From an uncultured Clostridia bacterium (lineage in GTDB: Bacteria; Bacillota; Clostridia; TANB77; CAG-508): a stretch of 64,000 nucleotides of DNA. The notes under the pieces are model-generated. The model did not search any database, was not told where the DNA came from, and saw only the letters and a list, made by a program, of their open reading frames with translations. The translations under genes and the position numbers were made by a program. The stretch is from the NCBI GenBank assembly GCA_934167305.1, contig CAKPKQ010000004.1:3255-67254 (forward strand), given 5' to 3'. Positions 11,910 to 21,662 of this stretch are shown piece after piece (within the stretch, counting starts at the first letter, position 1; each line of letters starts with the position of its first letter).

Positions 11910-12239
11910 TTAGGCCACAGTCTGTAACCTAAAAACAAGGGAATATGCGCTGATACCGCGAATTTGATAGCCAACCATTTCGGCTTCTTCGGCAATCAGA
12001 AAACCTGACTGTGTCCAAAAGTTTCTTAAACTCTTGAGAAATAATTCGGACTGATAAAACTTCAAACTGACTGTGGGTATGCTGAAAATCATGTCATATG
12101 TATCTTTATCGATACCACTGGTCCAAGTTCCAAGCGAAATATTGTACTTTTGGCAGGTACAAAGAATTGCCTGGTTTGCTCGATAAAGGTCGGGAGTTTT
12201 AATCGGCAAAAGCCGATCATGAAGTAAATTTACGGTCAT
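11910..12239 (-). CDS. Hypothetical 109-aa protein with atypical G+C, possibly a truncated acetyltransferase-like remnant
   Basis: ATG at 12239 follows an AAAGGAG RBS. One 60-nt spot count (11941-12000) gives about 48% G+C. The C-terminal GFLIAEEAEMVGYQI resembles a GNAT beta-strand, but the catalytic half is absent. The ORF ends abutting the rpoC terminator. Confidence 0.35.
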   Translation of the reverse strand: MTVNLLHDRLLPIKTPDLYRANQAILCTCQKYNISLGTWTSGIDKDTYDMIFSIPTVSLKFYQSELFLKSLRNFWTQSGFLIAEEAEMVGYQIRGISAYSLVFRLQTVA

Positions 12240-12422
12240 TGATATTCTCCTTTTTGTATTTTTGCTCAAAAGAGCATACTAATATTATATCATAATTTAC
12301 AAAAAATGTAAAGCAATACGAAATAAGGTGGAAAAAAACCAGTATAATAGCAATATAGGCTGGAAAGTATATAAAAATTGTGCTATAATATAAAAGTCAC
12401 AAAATTAAAGGAGGATTCGTAA

Positions 12423-13457
12423 ATGGCAAATGCTAAAAACGAACGGAAAAAGAAGCTAAGCAAAATCATAGTGGCAATTGTAGTTATAGTGCTTGCACTA
12501 ACATTACAAGCAATTGTTACTAACCAGCAAGAAACAGTAGCACCAAATCAATCGAGTGAGCAACAACAACCAAAAGAAGAAGTAACACCAAATCAATCAA
12601 GTGAACAGCAACAACCAGAAGAAGAAACAGTAACAAATAATGTGGACGGATCTATTGTATTACATATGATAGATGTTGGACAAGCAGATAGTTTTTTGTT
12701 TGTACAAAACGATAAGGTAGCTCTTGTAGATTGTGGTACACGGTCTACAGGAAAAGATGCAGTAGAATACATAAAAGACTTAGGCATAACCAAAATTGAT
12801 TATGTATTTGGTACACATCCACATGATGATCATATGGGCGGAATGTATGACATAATAACAAACTTTGAAATTGGTAAAATTATTTTGCCAAAAGTAGAAA
12901 ATGGTCAAGTAACCACAAACTGGTATATAAAGCTTATGAAGGAAATATCAGAAGGAGGCTATCAAGTCGAATATTCACAAACAGGAAATACTTATCAATT
13001 AGGAAATGCTGTAATTGAAATACTTTGGCAAAGTGAGGGAACACAGAGTAATATTAATAATTACTCAAACATTATGAAAGTTTCTTTTGGAGAAATGGAC
13101 ATATTGATGACAGGTGATGCCGAGACTGAAATTGAAGAAGAGGCATTAGATTCTAAAATAGAGCTTGATGCAGAGATTCTTAAAGTTGGACATCATGGAA
13201 GTGACACTTCAAGTAGTCAAGAATTTTTGAATGTAGTGGATCCTGAATATGGCTTAATATCATCAAAGATTGGCAACAAGTATAATCATCCGACAGAATC
13301 TACAATGCAAAAACTTGAAAATATGGGGGTAATTGTTTATAGAACTGATGAATGTGGCTCTGTAATTGCGACTATAACAGCAAATAACATAACATTTAAC
13401 TGTGAACCAGGAGACTATTTAAGTGGACCTGAGTTAGAGGAGGAAAAAGCGGCATGA
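12423..13457 (+). CDS. ComEC/Rec2-related metallo-beta-lactamase-fold hydrolase with N-terminal membrane anchor
   Basis: HPHDDHMGG and VGHHGS motifs, an N-terminal TM and a Gln/Glu-rich tandem-repeat linker. Confidence 0.8.
   Translation: MANAKNERKKKLSKIIVAIVVIVLALTLQAIVTNQQETVAPNQSSEQQQPKEEVTPNQSSEQQQPEEETVTNNVDGSIVLHMIDVGQADSFLFVQNDKVALVDCGTRSTGKDAVEYIKDLGITKIDYVFGTHPHDDHMGGMYDIITNFEIGKIILPKVENGQVTTNWYIKLMKEISEGGYQVEYSQTGNTYQLGNAVIEILWQSEGTQSNINNYSNIMKVSFGEMDILMTGDAETEIEEEALDSKIELDAEILKVGHHGSDTSSSQEFLNVVDPEYGLISSKIGNKYNHPTESTMQKLENMGVIVYRTDECGSVIATITANNITFNCEPGDYLSGPELEEEKAA
12541..12630 (+). repeat. Tandem 45-nt coding repeat (2 copies) in the linker of the MBL protein
   Basis: CACCAAATCAATCGAGTGAGCAACAACAACCAAAAGAAGAAGTAA is followed by a near-identical copy. 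It encodes PNQSSEQQQP(K/E)EE twice. Confidence 0.9.
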
Positions 13458-13720
13458 GAAGTTATTTATCTGTTGACAGAATAGAGAATGACTACGCAGT
13501 TTGCGAGTTGGAGCTTATTGATATTGAAACAAGTCGACAAACAGATCCTTGGAATAGAGAAACTCAAATGGTTGATATTCCAATACAATTTTTAAATGAC
13601 GTCAATGAAGGAGATATTCTGCAAGTTGAGCATTGCGGAGAAGTTATTGAAAGAATTATTGGAATAGACATGGAAGAAAAGCGGAGAAGAGTTGAAATAT
13701 TGGAAAGACTTGGCTTTTAA
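13454..13720 (+). CDS. Small DUF3006-like protein, a frequent partner of ComEC-like MBL genes
   Basis: 4-nt overlap with the upstream MBL gene. An 88-aa acidic protein whose N-terminus VDRIENDYAVCE is typical of the family. Confidence 0.6.
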   Translation: MRSYLSVDRIENDYAVCELELIDIETSRQTDPWNRETQMVDIPIQFLNDVNEGDILQVEHCGEVIERIIGIDMEEKRRRVEILERLGF

Positions 13721-13750
13721 AAACAGAGAGCTATTAGCTTGAAGTGATAA

Positions 13751-13793
13751 AATAAATGTAAACATCTAAAAAGTGTTTACATTTATTTTTTTT
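13751..13793 (+). terminator. rho-independent terminator
   Basis: AATAAATGTAAACA / TGTTTACATTTATT stem followed by a T-run. Confidence 0.8.
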
Positions 13794-13842
13794 ATAATAA
13801 ACATCAAAATCTATTGAAATTGGTATTTTTAGGCTAATAAAA

Positions 13843-13871
13843 TTGACAAAAGTGCGTAAAAATAGTAAAAT
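13843..13871 (+). promoter_or_regulatory. Sigma-A-type promoter candidate for gdpP-rplI
   Basis: TTGACA, 17-nt spacer, TAAAAT. Confidence 0.5.
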
Positions 13872-13898
13872 GGTATACGTAAAAGAGGAGTTTATTTT

Positions 13899-15899
13899 AT
13901 GAAAAATAATAATAGTAAAAAAATATTTGAAGGGTTGATATCAAGAACTAAAATATATTTAGTTCTAATTGCTATATTATTAATTGTAATTTGCATTTTA
14001 GATTTTAGATATTTTACACCTTCAATAGTGTTATATGTATTAATATTAGCTTATACATATTGGAGTAATCAAAAAAGAAGAACAGAACTTTCAGATCATT
14101 TGCAAGATTTAACTTTAAATATAGATAAATTAGCAAAAGATACTGTACGTAATTCACCATTTCCACTTGTAATAATTGAAACAAATGGAAATATGGTTTG
14201 GAAAAGTAGCAGATTTGTGCAAGAGTTTGCCAATGTAGATATAATAAATATTTTAGGTGATTTATTAAAACAAATAAAATTAGAAATAGAAAATAATGAA
14301 GAAAATGAAGAAAAAAGTATTCATAAGGAATTAGAAATTGGAAATAAGATTTATGAAATACTTGGAAAATATACTAAATCAAAAGATGAGTATATGTGTA
14401 CATTGTATTTTATAGATGAAACTAAAACAATAGAACTAGAAAAAAAATACTATGATTCTCAAATTTGTGTTGGATTAATTATGATAGACAATTTCGAAGA
14501 AGTTAATCAAAGAATTAATGATGAAGAAAAACCTATATTAACTGCACAAATTGAAAAGACAATTTACGAATGGGCAACTGAATTTAAAGGACTAGTTGTA
14601 AAGGCTGAAAGAGACACTTTTGTATGTATTTTTGAGCAACAATACTTAGCAAAACTAGAAGAAAAAAAGTTTAATATTCTTGATACAATTAAAGAATTAG
14701 AATTATCTGAAAAAGTACAAATAACATTAAGTATTTCTATATCAACAGAAGGAGAATCTAATTATGAAAAATATAAATCTGCACAAGCAGGATTAGATAT
14801 TGCTTTAGGTAGAGGCGGAGATCAAACTGTTGTTAGAGAAAATGGAAAATATCAATTTTTTGGAGGAAAAACACAAGAACTAGAAAAAAGAACAAAAGTT
14901 AAAGCTAGAATTGTTTCACATGCTTTGGAAGAGTTAATGCAAGAAGCTAAAAATGTAATGGTAATGGGGCATACAAATGGAGATATAGACTCAATGGGTG
15001 CTAGTATGGGAATATACCGTTTAGCTAAAAGCATTGGTGTTGAGTGTTACATTATAAATAACTCGACAGGTATTGGACTACAAAATTTTATGGAATCAGC
15101 AAAACAAGAAAAAGAATACCAAGAAACAATTATAAATAAATCAGAAGCTTTGTCAAAAATTACTCCAGAAACATTGCTTGTAATTGTAGATACACATAAA
15201 AGAAGTTATGTTGAAGTGCCAGAATTATTAGAAGAAACAAGCAAAATAGCAATAATTGATCACCACAGAAAGAGCCCAGACTTTATTGAAGAAGCTATTC
15301 TTTCATTTCATGAGGTATATGCTTCGTCTGCTTGTGAGCTTGTAACAGAAATATTAGAATATGCTACACAAAAAATTGAATTAACTACACTTGAGGCAGA
15401 AGCTTTATATGCGGGTATTATGATGGATACAAAAAACTTTACATTTAAAACAGGTGTTAGAACATTTGAAGCAGCTGCATATTTAAGAAAATGTGGTATT
15501 GATATTATAAAGGTAAAAAAATGGTTCCAAAGTGATTTAAAAACATATACTAAAATTTCTAAAATAATTGATGGAGCTGAAATAATAAATAATACAATTG
15601 GAATTTCAATTTATGATGAAAATGATAAAGATGCAAATATTGTTTGTGCAAAAGCGGCAGATGAGTTATTAACAATTAGTGATATTACAGCATCATTTGT
15701 TATAGGAAAATTAGGTGATAAAGTTTGTATTAGTGGACGTTCTATTGGAGATATAAATGTACAAGTTATATTAGAAAAACTTGGGGGTGGAGGTCATATT
15801 ACATTGGCTGGTGCACAAGTTGAAGGAATGAGCATTGAAGAAGTTAAAAATCTTCTTATTGAGAAAATAAATGAATACTTTTCAGAAGTTGCAAATTAA
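13899..15899 (+). CDS. gdpP: Cyclic-di-AMP phosphodiesterase GdpP (YybT-type: TM + PAS-like + degenerate GGDEF + DHH/DHHA1)
   Basis: Two N-terminal TMs, DHH motif (IIDHHRKS), DHHA1 GGGH motif, and the conserved yybT-rplI-dnaB synteny. Confidence 0.9.
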   Translation: MKNNNSKKIFEGLISRTKIYLVLIAILLIVICILDFRYFTPSIVLYVLILAYTYWSNQKRRTELSDHLQDLTLNIDKLAKDTVRNSPFPLVIIETNGNMVWKSSRFVQEFANVDIINILGDLLKQIKLEIENNEENEEKSIHKELEIGNKIYEILGKYTKSKDEYMCTLYFIDETKTIELEKKYYDSQICVGLIMIDNFEEVNQRINDEEKPILTAQIEKTIYEWATEFKGLVVKAERDTFVCIFEQQYLAKLEEKKFNILDTIKELELSEKVQITLSISISTEGESNYEKYKSAQAGLDIALGRGGDQTVVRENGKYQFFGGKTQELEKRTKVKARIVSHALEELMQEAKNVMVMGHTNGDIDSMGASMGIYRLAKSIGVECYIINNSTGIGLQNFMESAKQEKEYQETIINKSEALSKITPETLLVIVDTHKRSYVEVPELLEETSKIAIIDHHRKSPDFIEEAILSFHEVYASSACELVTEILEYATQKIELTTLEAEALYAGIMMDTKNFTFKTGVRTFEAAAYLRKCGIDIIKVKKWFQSDLKTYTKISKIIDGAEIINNTIGISIYDENDKDANIVCAKAADELLTISDITASFVIGKLGDKVCISGRSIGDINVQVILEKLGGGGHITLAGAQVEGMSIEEVKNLLIEKINEYFSEVAN

Positions 15900-15928
15900 A
15901 TAATGATACTTGAAAGGAGAAATGCCAA

Positions 15929-16369
15929 ATGAAAGTAATTTTATTACAAGATATAAAAGGTGTTGGAAAAAAAGATGAAGTAATTAATGCTAGTGATGGT
16001 TATGCAAGAAATTTTTTATTACCTAAAAAAATGGGTGTTGAAGCAAATGCTGAAAATATGAGTAAATTAAAAGCAAAACAAGATTCAAATAATTATAAAA
16101 AATCAGTTGAAAAAGAAAAAGCACTAGATATTGCCGAAAAATTAAAAAGTATTACTTTAAAAATTTCTGTAAAATCTGGAGAAAATCAAAAAATATTTGG
16201 TTCAATTACAGCTAAGGAAATTGCAGAGAATTTAAAAGAACAATATAAAATAGAAATAGATAAAAAGAAAATTGATTTAAAAGAGCCTATTAAAGTATTG
16301 GGTGTAAATACGGTGAGTGTTAAACTTTTTGAGGGGGTTATGGGTTCTCTTAAAGTCCAAGTATTGTAA
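15929..16369 (+). CDS. rplI: 50S ribosomal protein L9
   Basis: MKVILLQDIKGVGKKDEVINASDGYARNFLLPK is the canonical L9 N-terminus. Confidence 0.97.
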   Translation: MKVILLQDIKGVGKKDEVINASDGYARNFLLPKKMGVEANAENMSKLKAKQDSNNYKKSVEKEKALDIAEKLKSITLKISVKSGENQKIFGSITAKEIAENLKEQYKIEIDKKKIDLKEPIKVLGVNTVSVKLFEGVMGSLKVQVL

Positions 16370-16397
16370 TTCGAAAAGTAATTTATGTAATATAAAG

Positions 16398-16562
16398 AGC
16401 AATAGTAATATGAAAACTTTTCTCCGTTCCATCCCAGCTACGCAAGAAGATGTAACAACAATTTTTTGCAAACATTAATAATGATTTGAAAAAATTTAGT
16501 AACATCTTCTAGCTTGCTGGTCCCCACAGCCTCACTCCGAAAAGTATTATATTACTATTGCT
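16398..16562. repeat. 165-nt long imperfect palindromic element in the rplI-dnaB spacer
   Basis: Outer arms AGCAATAGTAATAT...ACTTTTC / GAAAAGT...ATATTACTATTGCT, inner stems AGAAGATGT/ACATCTTCT and AATTTTTTGCAAA/TTTGAAAAAATT, and a large asymmetric internal bubble. It shares a 15-16-nt arm core with the element at 17969-18037. Confidence 0.7.
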
Positions 16563-16611
16563 ATAAAGTTATAAAACCAAGTATTTAACCCTAAAAGGAA
16601 GGAGCAATGAA

Positions 16612-17943
16612 ATGGAGCTAGGTAAAATTCCACCACATGATATAGAAGCAGAGCAAGCTGTTATAGGAAGTATGCTAACAGATAAAGATGCAATTATGTC
16701 TGCAGTTGAAACCTTAAAGCCTGAAGATTTTTATCGTGAAGATAATAAAATAATTTATGAAGCTATTTTAAATTTATATAATCGTGCTGAGCCAGTAGAT
16801 ATTATAACTTTGAAAACAGAGCTTCAATCCATGAAACAGTTAGAAGCTGTTGGTGGACTTGAATATATTGCAGAACTTCCAGATAAGGTTCCTACTACTG
16901 CAAACGTAGAACAATATATTAAAATTGTAGAAGAAAAATCAGCATTAAGAGCTCTTATAAAAACTGCAAATGATTTAATTAGCTTAGGATATGACCAAAC
17001 ACAGGATGTTGAAGATATATTAGATACTGCAGAAAGAAAAATATTTGATGTTATACAAAATAGAAATCAAAAAGGATATTCTTCAATTAAAGATATATTA
17101 GTAGATTCATTTACACAATTAGAACAATTATATAACCAAAAACAATATATTACAGGAGTACCTACAGGTTTTGCTGACCTTGATGTTAAAACAGCGGGAC
17201 TTCATAAATCTGACCTAATTATTGTTGCTGCTAGACCTGCTATGGGTAAATCAGCTTTTGCTTTAAATTTAGCTACTAATGCAGCTGTTAGGTATAATAC
17301 ACCAGTTGCAATATTTAGTTTGGAAATGTCAAAGGAACAAATGACAAACCGTATTTTATGTAGTGAAGCAATGGTTGATAGCAATAAAGTAAGGACTGGT
17401 AAAGTAGAAGATGATGATTGGCAAAAGTTGGCTGAAGCTTCAGGAAATTTATCACAAGCACAAATATTTATAGATGATACACCTGGCATTTCTGTAATGG
17501 AAATACGTGCTAAGTGTAGAAAATTAAAGTTAGAGAAAAATATTGGAATGGTTGTAATCGACTATATTCAATTAGTACAAGGAAGTAACAAAAGAAATGG
17601 AAGCCGTGAACAAGAAATTTCTGAAATAAGTCGTTCTTTAAAAATATTAGCAAAAGAAATAAATGTGCCTGTTATTGCGTTATCACAACTTTCAAGATCT
17701 GTAGAGCAAAGACCTGATCATAGACCAATGCTTTCAGATTTACGTGAATCTGGAGCTATTGAACAAGATGCTGATATTGTTATGTTTTTATATCGTGATG
17801 ATTACTATAATCCTGATACAGATAGAAAAAATATTGCTGAAGTTATAATAGCAAAACATAGGGCAGGTTCTATTGGAACTGTTGAACTTTTATGGCTTGG
17901 AAATTACACAAAATTTGCTAATTTAGATAAATATAGAGAGTAA
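16612..17943 (+). CDS. dnaB: Replicative DNA helicase
   Basis: PPHDIEAEQAVIGSML N-terminus, Walker A ARPAMGKSAF and the SQLSR motif. Confidence 0.97.
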   Translation: MELGKIPPHDIEAEQAVIGSMLTDKDAIMSAVETLKPEDFYREDNKIIYEAILNLYNRAEPVDIITLKTELQSMKQLEAVGGLEYIAELPDKVPTTANVEQYIKIVEEKSALRALIKTANDLISLGYDQTQDVEDILDTAERKIFDVIQNRNQKGYSSIKDILVDSFTQLEQLYNQKQYITGVPTGFADLDVKTAGLHKSDLIIVAARPAMGKSAFALNLATNAAVRYNTPVAIFSLEMSKEQMTNRILCSEAMVDSNKVRTGKVEDDDWQKLAEASGNLSQAQIFIDDTPGISVMEIRAKCRKLKLEKNIGMVVIDYIQLVQGSNKRNGSREQEISEISRSLKILAKEINVPVIALSQLSRSVEQRPDHRPMLSDLRESGAIEQDADIVMFLYRDDYYNPDTDRKNIAEVIIAKHRAGSIGTVELLWLGNYTKFANLDKYRE

Positions 17944-17968
17944 ATTGTAGAATTTATACTATTTCAAA

Positions 17969-18037
17969 CTGTGCAATATAATACTTTTCGTAATTGATAC
18001 TGTGGAAATGAACGTAGAAAAGTATTATATTGCACAG
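17969..18037. repeat. Perfect 21-bp inverted repeat (27-nt loop) between dnaB and tilS, related to the element at 16398-16562
   Basis: CTGTGCAATATAATACTTTTC ... GAAAAGTATTATATTGCACAG. No T-run follows it. Confidence 0.8.
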
Positions 18038-18056
18038 CTTGATGAAAGGTAAAAGA

Positions 18057-19058
18057 ATGTTAAATAAAATTTTAAGTACAATTAATAAATATAATTTAAT
18101 ACAAAAAGGCGATAAAATCGTTATAGGAGTATCTGGTGGACCTGATTCTATGTGTCTACTGGATTCTTTGTATTACCTAAAAGATAAATTAAATATAGAA
18201 ATATTTGTTGCACATATAAATCATATGATAAGAAAAGAAGCGGATGAAGAAACTGAATACGTAAAAGATTATTGTAAAAATAAAAACATAAAATGCTATG
18301 TAAAAAAAGTAGAAGTTGAAAAATTAGCAAAAGAGCAAAAGCTAGGGACAGAAGAAATGGGAAGAAAAATTCGTTATGAATTTTTTAAAGAAATTGCTAA
18401 AAAAGAAAATGCGAATAAAATTGCTACAGCACATAATTTAAATGATAATGTTGAAACGGTTTTACTAAATTTACTAAGGGGAACTGGAGTTTCAGGACTT
18501 AAGGGAATTGAGATTAAAAGGATTGAAAATGACATAGAATATATAAGACCAATAAGAGAATGTGAAAGAAAAGAAATTGAAGAATATTGTGAAAAACAAA
18601 AATTAAATCCTAAAGTAGACAAAACAAACCTTGAAAGTATATATAACAGAAACAAAGTAAGGAATGACTTGATTCCGTACTTAAAAAGGGAATTTAATCC
18701 TAACATATTAGAAGGAATAAATAGATTGTCAGATATTGCAAGAGAAGAAGAAGAATATTTTGATGAAATTATTGCTAAACAGTATGAAGAATTAAAAATT
18801 GGGGAAAATTTAAATGAAGTAATATTAGATTTAAACAAATTTAATAATTTAAATAAAGTTATAAAATCAAGACTTATTATATATACTATTAACAAAGTAA
18901 ACGGAAATGTGCAAGGAATTGGCAAGATACATATAGAGGATATAATTAAACTTTGTGATAATAATATTGGAAATAAATATTTAACTCCAAATAAAAATGT
19001 AAAAGTTTTTATAAAAAAAGGAAAAATTTTTTTTACGGGTAAAATAGAGCTTCCGTAA
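18057..19058 (+). CDS. tilS: tRNA(Ile)-lysidine synthase
   Basis: PP-loop SGGPDS motif. The ATG at 18057 follows an AAAGGTAAAAG RBS. The track start at 18030 lies inside the inverted repeat. Confidence 0.9.
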   Translation: MLNKILSTINKYNLIQKGDKIVIGVSGGPDSMCLLDSLYYLKDKLNIEIFVAHINHMIRKEADEETEYVKDYCKNKNIKCYVKKVEVEKLAKEQKLGTEEMGRKIRYEFFKEIAKKENANKIATAHNLNDNVETVLLNLLRGTGVSGLKGIEIKRIENDIEYIRPIRECERKEIEEYCEKQKLNPKVDKTNLESIYNRNKVRNDLIPYLKREFNPNILEGINRLSDIAREEEEYFDEIIAKQYEELKIGENLNEVILDLNKFNNLNKVIKSRLIIYTINKVNGNVQGIGKIHIEDIIKLCDNNIGNKYLTPNKNVKVFIKKGKIFFTGKIELP

Positions 19059-19173
19059 GCAAACCGTTGATACAAGCTAGTTTGCTAAATGAAAGTTTTG
19101 TGAAAATACTTGAAATTGAAATATTAGTGTGTTATAGTTTTAATTGTAAAAAACGTAAAAAGGAGGAGCAAAT

Positions 19174-20994
19174 TTGAAAAATAGTATAAAAACATTAGCA
19201 ATGTGGTTAATAGTAGGAATAATTGTAATAGTTCTTATTAGCTCAATTATGGAGAATACAGATAATAAACTAGCTTATTCTGAATTGATTTCTAAAATTG
19301 AAGCAGGTGAGGTAAAAGAAATTACATTAGAGTCAAATGGCTCAAAAGCAGAAGTTAAACTAAAAAATGAAAACTTTTCAAAAGAAGTTAATATACCAAG
19401 TGTAGAAAATTTAATGAATAGCCTAAATGAAAGTATGAAAGCAGGTACTGTAAAAGTTACAGAAAAGTCTGAGTCAATATGGCTTGTAGTTTTCAATTTA
19501 TTAACTCCATTTGGAATACTAATTATATTCTTTATTTTCTGGTTTTTACTTATGGGAGGAGCTCAAAATGGAAATGGTGGAGCTGGTGGCAAAACAATGT
19601 CATTTGGCAAAAGCCGTGCTAGAATGATAAATCCATCTGATAAAAATAGAGTAACATTTAATGATGTTGCAGGTGTAGATGAAGAAAAAGAGGAATTAGA
19701 AGAAATTGTAGAATTCTTAAAAAATCCTAGAAAATTCACAGAAATGGGTGCTAGAATACCAAAGGGTGTTTTGTTAGTTGGACATCCAGGAACAGGTAAA
19801 ACTTTATTAGCAAAAGCAGTAGCAGGAGAAGCAGGAGTACCATTTTTCTTTATAAGTGGTTCTGACTTCGTTGAAATGTTTGTTGGTGTTGGTGCATCAA
19901 GAGTTAGAGACTTGTTTGAAGAAGCAAAGAAAAAAGCTCCTTGTATTATATTTATAGATGAAATTGACGCTGTTGGACGTCAAAGAGGTGCAGGCTTAGG
20001 CGGAGGACATGATGAAAGAGAACAAACATTAAACCAATTATTAGTTGAAATGGATGGTTTCTCAGCAAATGAAGGTGTTATAGTTTTAGCTGCAACAAAC
20101 AGACCAGACATATTAGATAAAGCTTTACTAAGACCAGGAAGATTTGACAGACAAATTGTTGTATCAAACCCTGATGTAAAAGCAAGAGAACAAATATTAG
20201 AAGTACACAGCAGAAAGAAAAAATTAGCTGCTGATGTAGATTTAAGAACAATAGCTAAAAATACTTCAGGATTTTCTGGAGCAGATTTAGAGAATGTTTT
20301 AAATGAAGCTGCACTATTGGCAGCAAGAAGAAATTTACCTGAAATTGGAATGCAAGAAGTTGAAGATGCTATGGTAAAAGTTACTATGGGACCTGAAAAA
20401 CGTACAAGAGTTAGAAGTGAAAAAGAACAAAAATTAGTTGCTTTCCATGAGGCTGGTCATGCAGTAGTAAGCAGATTTTTACCAACACAAGATCCGGTAC
20501 ATCAAATTTCTATTGTACCAAGAGGAATGGCTGGAGGTTACACAATGTATCGTCCAACTGAAGACAAATCATTTATGTCAAGAACAGAAATGGTTGAAAA
20601 TATAGTATCATTATTAGGTGGTAGAGTTGCAGAACAATTAGTATTAAATGACATTTCAACAGGTGCAAGCAATGATATTGAAAGAGCAACACAAATTGCT
20701 AGAAATATGGTTACTAAATATGGTATGAGTGAAAGAATAGGAACAATTACACTAGGCTCAAGTCAAGAAGAAGTATTCTTAGGAAGAGATTTTGCACAAG
20801 CAAAAGAATATTCTGAAGAAACAGCAAGCTTAATTGATGAAGAAGTAAAAAGCATTATAGATTTTGCTTATAAAAAAGCAGAAGAACTATTAAAAGCTAA
20901 TATGGACAAATTAACTAGAGTAGCAAATGTACTTCTTGAAAAAGAAAAAATTGATGGAGAAGAATTTGATGAAATATTTAATGAGCAAAATTAA
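19174..20994 (+). CDS. ftsH: ATP-dependent zinc metalloprotease FtsH
   Basis: TTG start after an AGGAGGAG RBS, Walker A GHPGTGKT, zinc site HEAGHA, two N-terminal TMs. Confidence 0.97.
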   Translation: MKNSIKTLAMWLIVGIIVIVLISSIMENTDNKLAYSELISKIEAGEVKEITLESNGSKAEVKLKNENFSKEVNIPSVENLMNSLNESMKAGTVKVTEKSESIWLVVFNLLTPFGILIIFFIFWFLLMGGAQNGNGGAGGKTMSFGKSRARMINPSDKNRVTFNDVAGVDEEKEELEEIVEFLKNPRKFTEMGARIPKGVLLVGHPGTGKTLLAKAVAGEAGVPFFFISGSDFVEMFVGVGASRVRDLFEEAKKKAPCIIFIDEIDAVGRQRGAGLGGGHDEREQTLNQLLVEMDGFSANEGVIVLAATNRPDILDKALLRPGRFDRQIVVSNPDVKAREQILEVHSRKKKLAADVDLRTIAKNTSGFSGADLENVLNEAALLAARRNLPEIGMQEVEDAMVKVTMGPEKRTRVRSEKEQKLVAFHEAGHAVVSRFLPTQDPVHQISIVPRGMAGGYTMYRPTEDKSFMSRTEMVENIVSLLGGRVAEQLVLNDISTGASNDIERATQIARNMVTKYGMSERIGTITLGSSQEEVFLGRDFAQAKEYSEETASLIDEEVKSIIDFAYKKAEELLKANMDKLTRVANVLLEKEKIDGEEFDEIFNEQN

Positions 20995-20998
20995 TATA

Positions 20999-21037
20999 AA
21001 GAAACTTTGGAATTATATTTCAAAGTTTCTTTTTTTA
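20999..21037 (+). terminator. rho-independent terminator of ftsH
   Basis: GAAACTTTG / CAAAGTTTC stem followed by TTTTTTT. Confidence 0.8.
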
Positions 21038-21038
21038 C

Positions 21039-21067
21039 TTGACTATGTTTTTATGTTGACATATAAT
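21039..21067 (+). promoter_or_regulatory. Consensus-like sigma-A promoter for the pilin-like gene
   Basis: TTGACT, 17-nt spacer, TATAAT. Confidence 0.55.
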
Positions 21068-21098
21068 GTTTTTAGATAAAACTTAAGAGGAGAGAACT

Positions 21099-21662
21099 AT
21101 GAAAAATACAAAGGAAAATGGAATAACTTTAATTGCATTAATAATTACGATTATTATTTTGCTAATATTAGCATCAATATCAATAAGTGCAGTATTAGGT
21201 GATAATGGAATAATAAAACGAACACAAGAAGTTGGTGAAAAATGGCGAAAGGCTGAAAAGGATGATCAAGAATCAATAGATAAGTTTTCAGATCTTTGGG
21301 TTAAGGTAGAAGTGAGTCAATACACAGAAGATAAAATCAATGAGAATGGTGAAAAAACTACTGGGAAAAAACTAATATGTGTATATACTGATTCAACAGA
21401 TACATGGTATAAATACAAAGATAATTATATGTTTGATATATCAGATTCTGGGTATGCACCATATGATGGATTATCATACAAAAAGAAATATGGATATTTT
21501 ATTAATAGCGATGAAGAATATAGTAAATCTAATATAAAAAAAGTAGGTGCAGAATCTGCAACTGATGGTGTAAAAATAGATTATAGTGGAGAAAAATATG
21601 ATGTAAATGCTTCGGGAATGGTTGATCTTAGAGATTGGGTTGCGACACAACGGTGTATCTGA
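21099..21662 (+). CDS. Prepilin-type (class III signal) protein with C-terminal dockerin-like EF-hand repeat; reading frame broken at 21660
   Basis: N-terminus MKNTKENG/ITLIALIITIIILLILA is a G-cleavage site followed by a hydrophobic helix. The C-terminus DVNASGMVDLRD is a Ca-binding dockerin-type loop. Confidence 0.7.
   Translation: MKNTKENGITLIALIITIIILLILASISISAVLGDNGIIKRTQEVGEKWRKAEKDDQESIDKFSDLWVKVEVSQYTEDKINENGEKTTGKKLICVYTDSTDTWYKYKDNYMFDISDSGYAPYDGLSYKKKYGYFINSDEEYSKSNIKKVGAESATDGVKIDYSGEKYDVNASGMVDLRDWVATQRCI

Noticed and set aside
16398-16562. 6S RNA (ssrS) candidate, because of the long rod with a central asymmetric bubble and a possible upstream promoter
   Set aside because: At about 165 nt it is short for 6S. 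A second element 1.4 kb away shares the arm sequence, which points to a repeat family, and I cannot run a covariance model. It is kept only as a structural repeat and not called as ncRNA.
18374-19075. 233-aa minus-strand ORF antisense to tilS
   Set aside because: Its Ser/Phe/Leu/Ile-rich low-complexity translation is typical of the reverse complement of Lys/Glu/Asn-rich A+T coding sequence. It overlaps a well-supported gene completely. The same reasoning applies to 831-1061, 2015-2434, 6827-7093, 7874-8077, 17202-17489, 26796-27287, 32923-33513, 34142-34474, 53960-54250, 54359-54628 and 56963-57247.
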